From positions 123,166-187,165 of the forward strand of contig JBAZYS010000001.1 in assembly GCA_041659205.1 (NCBI GenBank): DNA of 64,000 nucleotides, written 5' to 3'. Position 1 is the stretch's first letter. Each line of letters starts with the position of its first letter. This document shows, piece after piece, positions 35,699 to 44,812 of the stretch. The position numbers and the translations under genes are program-made. The notes beneath the pieces were generated by a model. That model did not search any database and was not told the origin of the DNA. It was given only the letters and a program-made list of their open reading frames with translations. Source of the DNA: Minisyncoccota bacterium (GTDB lineage: Bacteria > Patescibacteriota > Minisyncoccia > Phycocordibacterales > UBA9973).

Positions 35699-35941
35699 AT
35701 GCTTCTATGGTTGATGGTCGTCGTGCAGATGATCGTGTGGGGATGGTTCTCGTTTAATGGAGGCAAGCTGAGTGATCGAGCGTTCTTGGTGTTCACTCTC
35801 GGCATGCTTCTTGGACAGCTTGGTGCTGGGGTCGAAACCTATCATCTGGCTGCCTGGAGGGCCTTCGTTATCCAAGTTTACTTTTTCCTCTTCACAGCAC
35901 TCGGCGGGATTCAGCGTATCCGTCAAATGCGTAAGAGTTGA
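35699..35941 (+). CDS. Small (80 aa) GC-rich membrane protein of unknown function. It has a canonical promoter and a strong SD, and it is compositionally atypical for the region.
   Basis: GC content is about 52% against about 33% for the neighbours. It has two or three hydrophobic helices (MLLWLMVVVQMIVWGWFSF.., FLVFTLGMLLGQLGAGV, FVIQVYFFLFTALGG). A terminator-like hairpin follows at about 35957-35990. Confidence 0.45.
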   Translation: MLLWLMVVVQMIVWGWFSFNGGKLSDRAFLVFTLGMLLGQLGAGVETYHLAAWRAFVIQVYFFLFTALGGIQRIRQMRKS

Positions 35942-36015
35942 ACATCCGCCCGTGCAAGGAGATCGCTCCGAGCCGGGCGATCTTTTTTTATATATACAGA
36001 TCAAGTAATATTTTT

Positions 36016-39000
36016 CTAAATCTCTTTTACTGCTTCGATGATGATACTTTTTTCGCCATTCTTGAGAGAGACCTTTCCAGAAAGGGCAATACATTTTTCA
36101 GCTACTAATATATCTACGCAATCTTTAAAGATAGAAGGGAAGCAGACCGCTTCGATGGAATCAGTTAAGTCAGCAATTTTTAGGAAAGCCATGCGTTCGT
36201 TATTTTTTGTTACAACTTGTCTTGTATTTTCTATTATTCCAGCGATAGTTACAGGCATGCCATTGCCGAGTTCTTCTTTGATTTTTTTAATATTTATATC
36301 TCGTTTTTCAAGTTTCTCGCGTATGCGGTCGAGTGGATGTCCTGAAATATAGAGGCCGAGAAGCTCTTTTTCCCAAAGCAATTTTTCTGCTTGGTTTGCA
36401 GCTTTTCCTATTTGGAGTTTGAATTCAGGAGCTTTAATTGTAGATATTCCACCGAAGAGAGAAACTTGGTTTTCATTTTGTTTAGAGTTCTCGTGATTGT
36501 ATTCGAGCATTCCTTCAAGGTTTTGAAGTAGAACTCCTCTATCTTCCCAATCATCCATACAGCCAGACTTAATTAAAGCATCCATTGATTTCTTATTTAA
36601 ATTTTTATGTTTGATTCTGTCTAGAAAATTTGTAATTGAGGTAAATTTTCCATTAAGTTTTCTTTCGGCAATGATTGAGTCAGAGATATCTGTTCCTAGA
36701 TTTTTAATAGTATAAAATCCAAATCTAATTTTTTCACTTTTATTTTTATTATTTATTTCTGTATCTTTTTCATGTGGAAGACAAGTAAAGCCCCCATAAC
36801 TTTCATTAATGTTTGGAGGGAGAATCGGAATATTCATTTTTTTACATTCTTCGATTATCTCAGAAATCTTTTCTACATCGCCTGACTCAGCGGTGAGAAT
36901 TGCTGTCATATACTCCACAGGATAATGGGCTTTCATATAAGCAGTATTGTAGGCGACTTTACCATATGAAGCGGCATGTGCTTTGTTGAAACCATAAGCC
37001 TGGAAAGGTTCGAAGAGTTTCCAGAGTTTTTCGGCGAATTCAGGTGTCTGGCCATTGGTGATTATGCCTTTAGTAAATTTCTCTCTTTGGGCAGCCATTT
37101 CTTTCGGAATTTTTTTACCGACAGCTTTACGGAATTTATCCGCTTCTTCCCAGTTGTATCCAGCTAGATCTATTGCACAAAATAGTAGATCATCTTGGTA
37201 AACGATAAGCCCATAAGATTCACCGAGGAATTTTTTCATTCTTGGGTCTAAATATTTTACGAGTCTTGGGTTTTGTTTGCGTTTAATATATTCAGGTATT
37301 GACTCCATCGGGCCTGGACGATAAAGAGCGACCATAGCATTGATGTCGTGAATAGAAGTAGGTTTTAGTTCTTTTAAGTATCTCGTCATTCCACTACCAT
37401 TCAATTGAAATAAACCTTCTGTTTGGCCATTCGCTAAGAGTTCGAAAGTTTTCTTATCGTCAAGGGGGATACGATCTATGTCTATGTTTACGTTGTAGAA
37501 TTTTTTAACTAAATTTATTGCGTCAGAAAGAATTGCTAAATTTCTGATACCTAGAAAATCGAATTTAAGTAATCCTGCGTCTTCGGCACTATACATGTCG
37601 TACTGAGTAATTATTTTCCCCCCCTTGGGGTCTAGTTGAGTCGGCATATATTCATAGATTGGTCTAGGAGCGATGACGACTCCAGCCGCATGGACAGAGA
37701 TGTGTCTAACACAGCCCTCGAGCTTTTTTGCCAGGTCTATTATTTCTCGTGTGTCTTTTTCTTTTTCATATGCATCCTTTAACTCTGGGACAATTTCCAT
37801 CGCATGGTCTATAGTCATTGGCATTCCTTGAGAACCAAGTGGTATCATCTTTGAGATTCTGTCTCCAATAGTGTATGGGTGAGCGAGCGCTCGAGCGACG
37901 TCACGTACAGCACCCTTGGCCATCATTGTTCCGAAAGTTCCAATCTGTGCAACCTTGTCTTCGCCGTATTTACTTTTTACATATTCAATCATTTCATCGC
38001 GTCTGTTGTCGGCATAGTCCATGTCGATATCAGGTGGCGAAGGACGAAATGGGTTTAAGAATCTTTCGAAGGGAAGTTTGTATTCAATAGGATTTATATT
38101 TGTAATTCCTAAAAGGTAAGTAACCATTGATCCTGCGACTGAGCCTCTAATGGCACTTAAAATTCCGTTTTCTTTAGCAAAACGCAGAAGGTCACCCACA
38201 ACCAAGAAATATGGAGAATATCCTTTATCACAAATAACTTTTAGCTCATATTCTACTCTTTCCTTGATTTCGGGAGTTTCTTTTAACCCGAGTCTTTCAA
38301 AACCTGCATATGCAAGTTCACGAAGTTTTTCGTCGGGAGTTTTTCCTCCTTCTATTTTGAAATCAGGAAAAACCCAGCGACCAAGTTCTATTTCCACATC
38401 ACACATATCCGCAATTTTTGCAGTATTGGTCACAGCTTCCGGAGTATCTTTAAAAAGTTCTTTTGCCTTTTTTGTATCGATGAATGAATAATCATCATCT
38501 CCGAAAGAGAATTTATTTTCGTCTTTGATGTCAGAATTTGTTTGGATAGCGAGCAGAGTTTCATGCGCTTTGTTGTCATCGACACAAGGGTAGTGTGAAT
38601 CAATTGTAGCAACGAGTGGAATATTAAATTTCTTTCCAAGTTTAATAATTTCTGTTCGGACTTCTTCATCACCTGGCACGGTGCTGTGTTTCATTATTTC
38701 TAAGAAATAATTTTCCTTACCGAAAATTTCTTGATGTTCTATTATTATTTTTTCAGCAGACTCGATATTTTTATTAGCTAGCGCCCGAGATAATTCTCCT
38801 CCGAGGCAGCCAGAGAGAGCGATGATTCCTTCACCGTATGTTTTCAATATTTCTTTATCCATTCGTGGTTTATAATAAAAACCTTCTAGATTAGAAATAG
38901 TTACGAGTCGCATTAGGTTTTTATAACCAGTTAGATTTTTTGCAAGTAGGGTAAGGTGATATCTTTTATTATCTATTCCTGGGTCTTTGTTGAGTCTGCT

Positions 39001-39231
39001 ACGATTTGCTACATATGCTTCCACTCCGATGATAGGTTTGATACCAGCTTTTTTGGCTAATTTATAAAACTCTATAGCTCCGTACATATTGCCATGGTCA
39101 GTGATGGCTATTGCCGGCATTTCGAATTTTTTGGCTAGGTCAACCAAATTTTCGAGCTTGGAAAGCCCATCCAATAGTGAGTAGTGGCTGTGGGTATGGA
39201 GATGTATGAATTTAGGTTCTTCTGCCGGCAT
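36016..39231 (-). CDS. dnaE: DNA polymerase III alpha subunit.
   Basis: The N-terminal PHP domain ([14 protein letters not shown]), the polymerase core and an OB-fold C-terminus are present, total 1071 aa. Confidence 0.9.
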   Translation of the reverse strand: MPAEEPKFIHLHTHSHYSLLDGLSKLENLVDLAKKFEMPAIAITDHGNMYGAIEFYKLAKKAGIKPIIGVEAYVANRSRLNKDPGIDNKRYHLTLLAKNLTGYKNLMRLVTISNLEGFYYKPRMDKEILKTYGEGIIALSGCLGGELSRALANKNIESAEKIIIEHQEIFGKENYFLEIMKHSTVPGDEEVRTEIIKLGKKFNIPLVATIDSHYPCVDDNKAHETLLAIQTNSDIKDENKFSFGDDDYSFIDTKKAKELFKDTPEAVTNTAKIADMCDVEIELGRWVFPDFKIEGGKTPDEKLRELAYAGFERLGLKETPEIKERVEYELKVICDKGYSPYFLVVGDLLRFAKENGILSAIRGSVAGSMVTYLLGITNINPIEYKLPFERFLNPFRPSPPDIDMDYADNRRDEMIEYVKSKYGEDKVAQIGTFGTMMAKGAVRDVARALAHPYTIGDRISKMIPLGSQGMPMTIDHAMEIVPELKDAYEKEKDTREIIDLAKKLEGCVRHISVHAAGVVIAPRPIYEYMPTQLDPKGGKIITQYDMYSAEDAGLLKFDFLGIRNLAILSDAINLVKKFYNVNIDIDRIPLDDKKTFELLANGQTEGLFQLNGSGMTRYLKELKPTSIHDINAMVALYRPGPMESIPEYIKRKQNPRLVKYLDPRMKKFLGESYGLIVYQDDLLFCAIDLAGYNWEEADKFRKAVGKKIPKEMAAQREKFTKGIITNGQTPEFAEKLWKLFEPFQAYGFNKAHAASYGKVAYNTAYMKAHYPVEYMTAILTAESGDVEKISEIIEECKKMNIPILPPNINESYGGFTCLPHEKDTEINNKNKSEKIRFGFYTIKNLGTDISDSIIAERKLNGKFTSITNFLDRIKHKNLNKKSMDALIKSGCMDDWEDRGVLLQNLEGMLEYNHENSKQNENQVSLFGGISTIKAPEFKLQIGKAANQAEKLLWEKELLGLYISGHPLDRIREKLEKRDINIKKIKEELGNGMPVTIAGIIENTRQVVTKNNERMAFLKIADLTDSIEAVCFPSIFKDCVDILVAEKCIALSGKVSLKNGEKSIIIEAVKEI

Positions 39232-39237
39232 TTTTCT

Positions 39238-39246
39238 ATAATAGCA
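39238..39246 (-). promoter_or_regulatory. Extended -10 TGcTATTAT 6 nt upstream of the dnaE ATG (leaderless).
   Basis: The reverse complement of 39238-39246 is tgcTATTAT, and the spacer is agaaaa. Confidence 0.5.
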
Positions 39247-39274
39247 TATTTTCTTTTGTTGTTTTATTTACTTT

Positions 39275-39283
39275 TGCTATAAT
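39275..39283 (+). promoter_or_regulatory. Extended -10 TGcTATAAT 6 nt upstream of the gap ATG (leaderless). It sits back-to-back with the dnaE promoter.
   Basis: The context is tgcTATAATgtaaatATG. Confidence 0.5.
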
Positions 39284-39289
39284 GTAAAT

Positions 39290-40333
39290 ATGAAAAAAAT
39301 ACGAGTTGGAATTAATGGTTTCGGCAGAATAGGAAGAGCTTTTTTAAAGATTGCTTATGAGCGTCCCGAAATTGAGGTGGTGGCAGTAAATGACCTTGGT
39401 GATATTGAGAACATGGCTTATTTGCTTAAATATGACACGGTTTACAGGCAGTGGAACCATGATATTAAAGTTGAAGGAGATGGTGTTGTCATTGATGGTA
39501 AAAAAGTAAAAGTTCTAGCGCAAAAAGATCCAACGCTTCTTCCTTGGAAAGATTTAGACATTGATGTGGTTGTAGAGTCCACTGGACTTTTTACTTCTTA
39601 TGACAAAGCGAAAGTTCACTTGGATGCTGGAGCAAAAAAAGTCGTTATCTCTGCACCCGCGAAAGACGGAGACCTGCCTGCGCAGGCAGGTGGAACGGTA
39701 TCAGGGGAAACAATCTTGATGGGCGTAAATGAAGAAAAGTTCGGCACTTGTGATATTTCTTCGAATGGATCTTGCACTACTAATGCTACTAGTCCGCTTA
39801 TGGCAATACTTCATGAGGCAATAGGAATTGAAAAAGCTATGTTGAATACAACTCATTCTTATACAGGAACTCAGGGTATCGTCGATGGGCCAAATAAAAA
39901 AGATTTTCGTGAAGGACGCGCAGCAGCGCAGAATCTTGTGCCTGCTTCGACGGGCGCTGCTATATCTGTTACCAAGGCAATATCTGAATTAGCTGGTAAA
40001 TTTGATGGAGTAGCCGTGAGAGTTCCTACTGTTTGCGGTTCAATAAATAATGTAACTTTTATTTCAAAGAGAGACACCACAGTTGAAGAGGTAAATGATA
40101 TATTACGAAAAGCAGCGAAAGATTCTCGTTGGAAAAATGTTTTTGATGTGGTGGAAGAACCAGTCGTTTCCAGTGACATGCTGGGCAACACTCATGCTTC
40201 AGTAGCTGACCTTCTTTTGACAAAGGTTATTGATGGAAATCTAGTAAGTGTAATGGCTTGGTATGACAACGAAATGGGGTATACTTATACTCTAGTAGAT
40301 CATGTTATTAAAACAGGAAATACGATAAAATAA
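39290..40333 (+). CDS. gap: Glyceraldehyde-3-phosphate dehydrogenase (type I).
   Basis: RVGINGFGRIGR (NAD binding) and SNGSCTTN (the active-site Cys region) are present. Confidence 0.9.
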   Translation: MKKIRVGINGFGRIGRAFLKIAYERPEIEVVAVNDLGDIENMAYLLKYDTVYRQWNHDIKVEGDGVVIDGKKVKVLAQKDPTLLPWKDLDIDVVVESTGLFTSYDKAKVHLDAGAKKVVISAPAKDGDLPAQAGGTVSGETILMGVNEEKFGTCDISSNGSCTTNATSPLMAILHEAIGIEKAMLNTTHSYTGTQGIVDGPNKKDFREGRAAAQNLVPASTGAAISVTKAISELAGKFDGVAVRVPTVCGSINNVTFISKRDTTVEEVNDILRKAAKDSRWKNVFDVVEEPVVSSDMLGNTHASVADLLLTKVIDGNLVSVMAWYDNEMGYTYTLVDHVIKTGNTIK

Positions 40334-40351
40334 AATTTTAAAACTGAAATT

Positions 40352-40386
40352 AAAAAAGCCGCAGAGTGAATCGTACGGCTTTTGGG
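40352..40386 (+). terminator. Hairpin with a T-run after gap.
   Basis: The hairpin is aaaaaagccg-(14 nt loop)-cggcttttg. Confidence 0.45.
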
Positions 40387-40403
40387 TGAAGCAGGGTCGC
40401 GTC

Positions 40404-40559
40404 CTACTTCGAGATTGTCTGCTCTTGTTTGGTGGGAGGTTTCGATGCTGGCATGTACTTCTTCGGGAAGTAGTACAGGAAAAGACATGCGGCGATAAAA
40501 AGGACCACCCCTACGAAAATGAGCTGCGCTTGAAATTCATCCTCTTCTTTAGTGTTCAT
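40404..40559 (-). CDS. Small (51 aa) single-TM peptide with a strong SD (AGGGAG 5 nt upstream). It is GC-richer than its surroundings and is not in the ORF track.
   Basis: The product is MNTKEEDEFQAQLIFVGVVLFIAACLFLYYFPKKYMPASKPPTKQEQTISK, read from the minus strand. The SD is rc of 40565-40570. Confidence 0.35.
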   Translation of the reverse strand: MNTKEEDEFQAQLIFVGVVLFIAACLFLYYFPKKYMPASKPPTKQEQTISK

Positions 40560-40702
40560 AGGAACTCCCTATTTTTATTGGTGAGACAAATGGTTCTCTT
40601 GGCGAGATTGCCAAGGAATCATATTTATCGAAGAATCGTTGCTATCCAAGTAAAATAGTACCGTTTTTTACAGATTTGTCAATACAAAAGATAAAGAAAT
40701 AT

Positions 40703-41506
40703 TTACTTCATTTCTCCTTTAAATACACACACAGCAGGACCAGTGAGCCAGATGTTTTCGTAAGTCCCATTTTTATTTTTTTCAAATTCTACCTTGAGGT
40801 CTCCTCCAGGCATTTTAATATGACAAATATTATCTTTCAAAATTCCCAAGTGGTGGGAAGCGACAGCTACAGAGCAAGCTCCTGTTCCACAAGCTAAAGT
40901 TTCATCTTCTACTCCGCGTTCATATGTACGGACATGAAAAACTCCATCCTTATGTTCTACATAATTTATGTTTACTCCTTTTGGATTTTTTCCATTGTCA
41001 CGAATTTTTTGTGCTTCTGTGCAGACAGGGTAATTTTCAATGTTTTCTATGTATTGGATATGGTGAGGGGTTGTGCCTGAATGTAAAAAGGTTAAATCGT
41101 TCTGGATACTAATCTCGGATACATCTTGCATTTTTAGCTTTATGAGTCCACTTTTTAATATTTCTGCTTCGTGTTCGCCGTCTATGGCAATGAATTTTAT
41201 TTTTTTAGGATTCCCGCCATGGCGAGCAGGTTTAATAATTTTTAAAATATTATTGGCAAAGTGCACAAGACAGCGTCCACCATTGCCGCACATGGGGCCC
41301 ATCGAACCATCATTATTTATAAAAACCATTTTGAAGTCATAACCTTTTTGTTTCTCTAGGAGTATTATACCATCAGCCCCCACACCAAAACGTCTATGGC
41401 ACAGTAGCTTTATTTTTTCCACATCATAAATATCAAACTTTTTATCACGATTATCTATCATGACAAAGTCATTTCCGGCACCATGATATTTGTAAAATTT
41501 AAGCAT
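40703..41506 (-). CDS. dapF: Diaminopimelate epimerase.
   Basis: HGAGNDFV, the two catalytic-Cys regions (MCGNGGRC and ACGTGACS) are present. A leaderless TATAAT box lies at 41513-41518 (rc). Confidence 0.85.
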   Translation of the reverse strand: MLKFYKYHGAGNDFVMIDNRDKKFDIYDVEKIKLLCHRRFGVGADGIILLEKQKGYDFKMVFINNDGSMGPMCGNGGRCLVHFANNILKIIKPARHGGNPKKIKFIAIDGEHEAEILKSGLIKLKMQDVSEISIQNDLTFLHSGTTPHHIQYIENIENYPVCTEAQKIRDNGKNPKGVNINYVEHKDGVFHVRTYERGVEDETLACGTGACSVAVASHHLGILKDNICHIKMPGGDLKVEFEKNKNGTYENIWLTGPAVCVFKGEMK

Positions 41507-41582
41507 GTTTTGATTATACCCCGTAGTAAAATTTTTCTCAAAATTTACTACTGGGCAGGCTATATTTATTCTTTTTTAAAAA

Positions 41583-41591
41583 TGTTATTAT
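41583..41591 (+). promoter_or_regulatory. Extended -10 TGtTATTAT 7 nt upstream of the rpiB ATG (leaderless).
   Basis: The context is tgtTATTATattagatATG. Confidence 0.45.
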
Positions 41592-41598
41592 ATTAGAT

Positions 41599-42081
41599 AT
41601 GAAGATATATATTGGCTCGGATCATGTAGGGTATGAACTAAAAGAAAAACTTAAAATATACTTTAGTGAGCTTGGTAATGCCGTAGAAGATAAAGGTGCT
41701 CTTAATTATGATGAAAATGATGATTATCCGGACTTTATAACTCCTGTAGCGCAAGCTGTTGCGGGGGAAGCTCTGAGCTTCGGAATTATATTGGGTGGTT
41801 CAGGTCAAGGCGAAGCAATGTGTGCTAATAGAGTGCATGGTGCACGAGCTGCTGTATTTTATGGAGAAGCCTTACCGAAGGACACTATCGATATAAAAGG
41901 TAAAAAAAGCATAGACCCTTTTGAAATTATAAAACTTGCTCGCATTCACAACAATGCAAATATCTTATCTTTAGCGGTGCGATTCTTGTCTGAAGATGAA
42001 ATAAAATTTGCGATAGAACTTTTTATGTCTACAAAATTTGAAGGTGAAGAAAGACACGTTCGAAGAATTAATAAATTTTAA
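41599..42081 (+). CDS. rpiB: Ribose-5-phosphate isomerase B (RpiB/LacAB family).
   Basis: The N-terminus MKIYIGSDHVGYELK and GGSGQGEAMCANRVHGARAA are present. Confidence 0.85.
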   Translation: MKIYIGSDHVGYELKEKLKIYFSELGNAVEDKGALNYDENDDYPDFITPVAQAVAGEALSFGIILGGSGQGEAMCANRVHGARAAVFYGEALPKDTIDIKGKKSIDPFEIIKLARIHNNANILSLAVRFLSEDEIKFAIELFMSTKFEGEERHVRRINKF

Positions 42082-42084
42082 TAT

Positions 42085-42783
42085 ATGGCTGAAATAACTC
42101 CAGCGATTTTAGAAAAAGATTATGGCGAAATAAAGAACAAGCTTACTTTTTTGCGTGGGCGAGTGAAAACCGTGCAGCTTGATATTTGTGACGGTATTTT
42201 TGTTGAAAATCAAACTTGGCCTTTTGCAACGGGCGGTTTTGATGACCATGATTTTGTTAAAATTTTAAATGAAGAAGAGGGTTTGCCATTTTGGACTGAT
42301 TTTGATTTTGAGTTTGATTTAATGGTAGCAGATGCTGTAGAAAATTTTGAAACTTATATGAAGCTCGGACCCAAAAGAATGATTTTTCATTTAAGCGCCC
42401 AGAAGGATTTGAAAGAATTCGAGGATTTCTTGGAAGGATTGGATATGTATATACGAGATAACGTGGAAATAGGGCTTGCTTTCAAACCTAGTGATGATTT
42501 GAGTATTGTTTCTAAATTCTCACATAAGGTTGATTTCTTGCAGTGTATGGGTTCTGACAAGATAGGTCACCAAGGTGAAGTATTTTCTATTAAAGCATTA
42601 GAAAATATAAAATATTTTAAAACAAATTTTCCTGGAATTGTAATGTCTGTAGATATAGGAATTAATTTAAAAAATGCGGAAGAGTTGCTTGATGCTGGTG
42701 TGGACAGGCTTACAGTAGGTTCTGGTATTTGGAAAAGTTCTGATCCGATTGACGCTTTAGAAAATTTTCAAAGCTTGGTATAG
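42085..42783 (+). CDS. Ribulose-phosphate 3-epimerase-like TIM-barrel protein (divergent).
   Basis: The pattern ITPAIL..D......VQLDICDGIFV.N.T..., FDLMV and a C-terminal VDIG...AGVDRLTVGSGIW parallels the RPE consensus. The sequence is divergent, so this is a family-level call only. Confidence 0.55.
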   Translation: MAEITPAILEKDYGEIKNKLTFLRGRVKTVQLDICDGIFVENQTWPFATGGFDDHDFVKILNEEEGLPFWTDFDFEFDLMVADAVENFETYMKLGPKRMIFHLSAQKDLKEFEDFLEGLDMYIRDNVEIGLAFKPSDDLSIVSKFSHKVDFLQCMGSDKIGHQGEVFSIKALENIKYFKTNFPGIVMSVDIGINLKNAEELLDAGVDRLTVGSGIWKSSDPIDALENFQSLV

Positions 42784-42864
42784 TATAATTAATACAATGC
42801 TTTTAACTGAAGATAACCCCGAAGGAAAGCAAAGCTTCCTACGGGGCAAGAATTTTAGAATATT

Positions 42865-43710
42865 ATGTCTTACTTAACAGATGAACAAATAAAAGATTTA
42901 GAGAAAAAAGCGAATGATATTCGTATATCTATTATTGAAATGCTTGTAGAAGCAAAGTCTGGACATACCGCAGGGCCACTCGGTATGGCAGATATTTTTA
43001 CACTTTTTTATTTCCACATTCTAAAACATGACCCAAAGAATCCATCTTGGGAAGAGCGTGACAGGTTAGTGCTTTCAAATGGACACATTTGTCCGGTACT
43101 TTATTCCACGATGGCGCATGCTGGATATTTTCCCGTAAAAGAATTAATGACTTTAAGAAAATTCGGCACTAGACTTCAAGGACATCCTCACAGAGAATAT
43201 TTGCCTTATGTTGAGAATTCTTCCGGGCCTCTGGGCTCTGGGCTTTCACAGGCTGTGGGTATGGCGCTCGCTGATAAAATGGATAAAAAAGAAAATGATA
43301 GATATATATATTGTTTTATGTCTGATGGAGAAATGGATGAAGGGAATACCTGGGAAGCAATAATGCTTGCGGGGAAACATAAATTACATAATTTGATTGC
43401 AGTTGTTGATAGAAACAATATTCAAATAGAGGGAGTCACCGAAGACATTATGCCCCTTGAACCTTTTCATGCAAAATGGAAATCTTTTAATTGGCATGTG
43501 ATAGAAGTTTCTGGACATGATTTTAGGTCATTAAATGAAGTAATAGAAGAAGCTCAAGCAGTCTATGAGAAGCCAACAGTTATCATTGCGCATACAATAC
43601 CAGGGAAAGGCGTAAAAGAATTTGAGAAAAATTATAAATGGCATGGTAAACCACCAACAAAAGAAGAAGGGAAAATGGCATTAAAAGAATTAAGAAATAA
43701 TAGATACTAA
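42865..43710 (+). CDS. Transketolase N-terminal (thiamine-diphosphate-binding) subunit of a split transketolase.
   Basis: GHTAGPLGMADIF, the ThDP motif GDGEMDEG (here SDGEMDEGNTWEA) and NNIQIEG are present. It is a separate gene from the C-terminal part. Confidence 0.85.
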   Translation: MSYLTDEQIKDLEKKANDIRISIIEMLVEAKSGHTAGPLGMADIFTLFYFHILKHDPKNPSWEERDRLVLSNGHICPVLYSTMAHAGYFPVKELMTLRKFGTRLQGHPHREYLPYVENSSGPLGSGLSQAVGMALADKMDKKENDRYIYCFMSDGEMDEGNTWEAIMLAGKHKLHNLIAVVDRNNIQIEGVTEDIMPLEPFHAKWKSFNWHVIEVSGHDFRSLNEVIEEAQAVYEKPTVIIAHTIPGKGVKEFEKNYKWHGKPPTKEEGKMALKELRNNRY

Positions 43711-43711
43711 A

Positions 43712-44722
43712 GTGTTAAATCCAAAATTAAAATTAAATCCAAAAATTTTCAACGATGCAGGAGAAAATGCATGCGAGCAAGTTCCGATCCGAAAAGGTTT
43801 CGGGCAAGGCTTACTTGCGGCCGGCGAGGCTGATGTGAATGTCGTAGGGCTTTGCGCTGATCTTACAGAAAGCACACAGATGAATTTATTTGCCGATAAA
43901 TTTCCAAATCGGTTTATTCAAGTTGGAGTGGCTGAGCAGAATCTAGCGACAGTTGCGTCCGGGATGGCTGCTATGGGGAAGATTCCATTCTGTTCTTCTT
44001 ATGCGATGTTTTCTCCAGGAAGAAATTGGGAACAAATAAGAACGACAATTGCTTATAATGATAGGAAAGTTGTAATCGTTGGTTCACATTCTGGTATTTC
44101 TGTAGGTCCTGATGGAGGTACACATCAAGCATTAGAAGATATTGCTCTTATGCGGGTAATTCCTAATATGGATGTCATTTCTCCTTGCGATGCGATAGAA
44201 GCGAAAAAGGCTACACTTGCGCTCGTGAAAACTACTCGGCCTGCTTACTTGCGTTTAGTTCGTGAGAAGACACCGATAATAACCACAGAGGAAACTCCTT
44301 TTGATATAAATAAAGCAGAAATTTATTGGATGCCAGATGTAGGATTTGCTCAAGTGGGAATAATTGCAACGGGTGGACTTTTACATCGAGCTATTCTTGC
44401 TGCAAAAGAACTTGAAGCTGAGGGTATAAAAAGTAAAGTAATGAACTTGGCTACCATCAAGCCCATAGATAGTGATGCAATAATTGCTCTCGCAAAAGAA
44501 ACTAAAGCAGTTGTGACAATAGAGGAACATCAAATAAATGGGGGTATGGGTTCGGCTGTGGCAGAAGTACTCGCACAAAATTTCTCAGTACCCATAGAAT
44601 TTATTGGAATAAAAGATAAATTTGGTCAGTCAGGCACACCCGATGAACTCATCGAACATTATGGTATGGGAAAAAATTCTATAAAAGAAGCAGTTAAAAA
44701 AGTGATAGCTAGAAAAATATAA
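43712..44722 (+). CDS. Transketolase C-terminal (pyrimidine-binding plus C-terminal domain) subunit of a split transketolase.
   Basis: FGQGLLAAGEAD...IQVGVAEQNLATVASGMAAMGKIPF is present. It starts 2 nt after the N-terminal subunit's stop. Confidence 0.85.
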   Translation: MLNPKLKLNPKIFNDAGENACEQVPIRKGFGQGLLAAGEADVNVVGLCADLTESTQMNLFADKFPNRFIQVGVAEQNLATVASGMAAMGKIPFCSSYAMFSPGRNWEQIRTTIAYNDRKVVIVGSHSGISVGPDGGTHQALEDIALMRVIPNMDVISPCDAIEAKKATLALVKTTRPAYLRLVREKTPIITTEETPFDINKAEIYWMPDVGFAQVGIIATGGLLHRAILAAKELEAEGIKSKVMNLATIKPIDSDAIIALAKETKAVVTIEEHQINGGMGSAVAEVLAQNFSVPIEFIGIKDKFGQSGTPDELIEHYGMGKNSIKEAVKKVIARKI

Positions 44723-44734
44723 AATAAGCTTTTT

Positions 44735-44798
44735 GAGGGGTTTCGAGGCTGACGAGCCGAGAATTTCAGGATTTTTTAAGCTTCAAAAAATCCGTACC
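44735..44798 (-). repeat. Right copy of the 64-bp inverted-repeat element, between convergent tktC and the PfkB kinase.
   Basis: It is the reverse complement of 34983..35046 with a single mismatch. The internal palindrome ggattttttaagcttcaaaaaatcc may also terminate both convergent genes. Confidence 0.85.
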
Positions 44799-44812
44799 GG
44801 TAAAAGTTTATT

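Noticed and set aside
35705-36094. A 129-aa minus-strand ORF spanning the GC-rich small gene and the 3' end of dnaE.
   Set aside because: It overlaps two better-supported genes. It has no start context, and its composition reflects the GC-rich insert read in antisense.
34983-44798. Composite transposon or IS element defined by the 64-bp inverted repeats.
   Set aside because: No transposase or integrase ORF lies between or next to the repeats. The enclosed genes are core housekeeping genes. It is retained as a recombination/inversion-substrate finding only.
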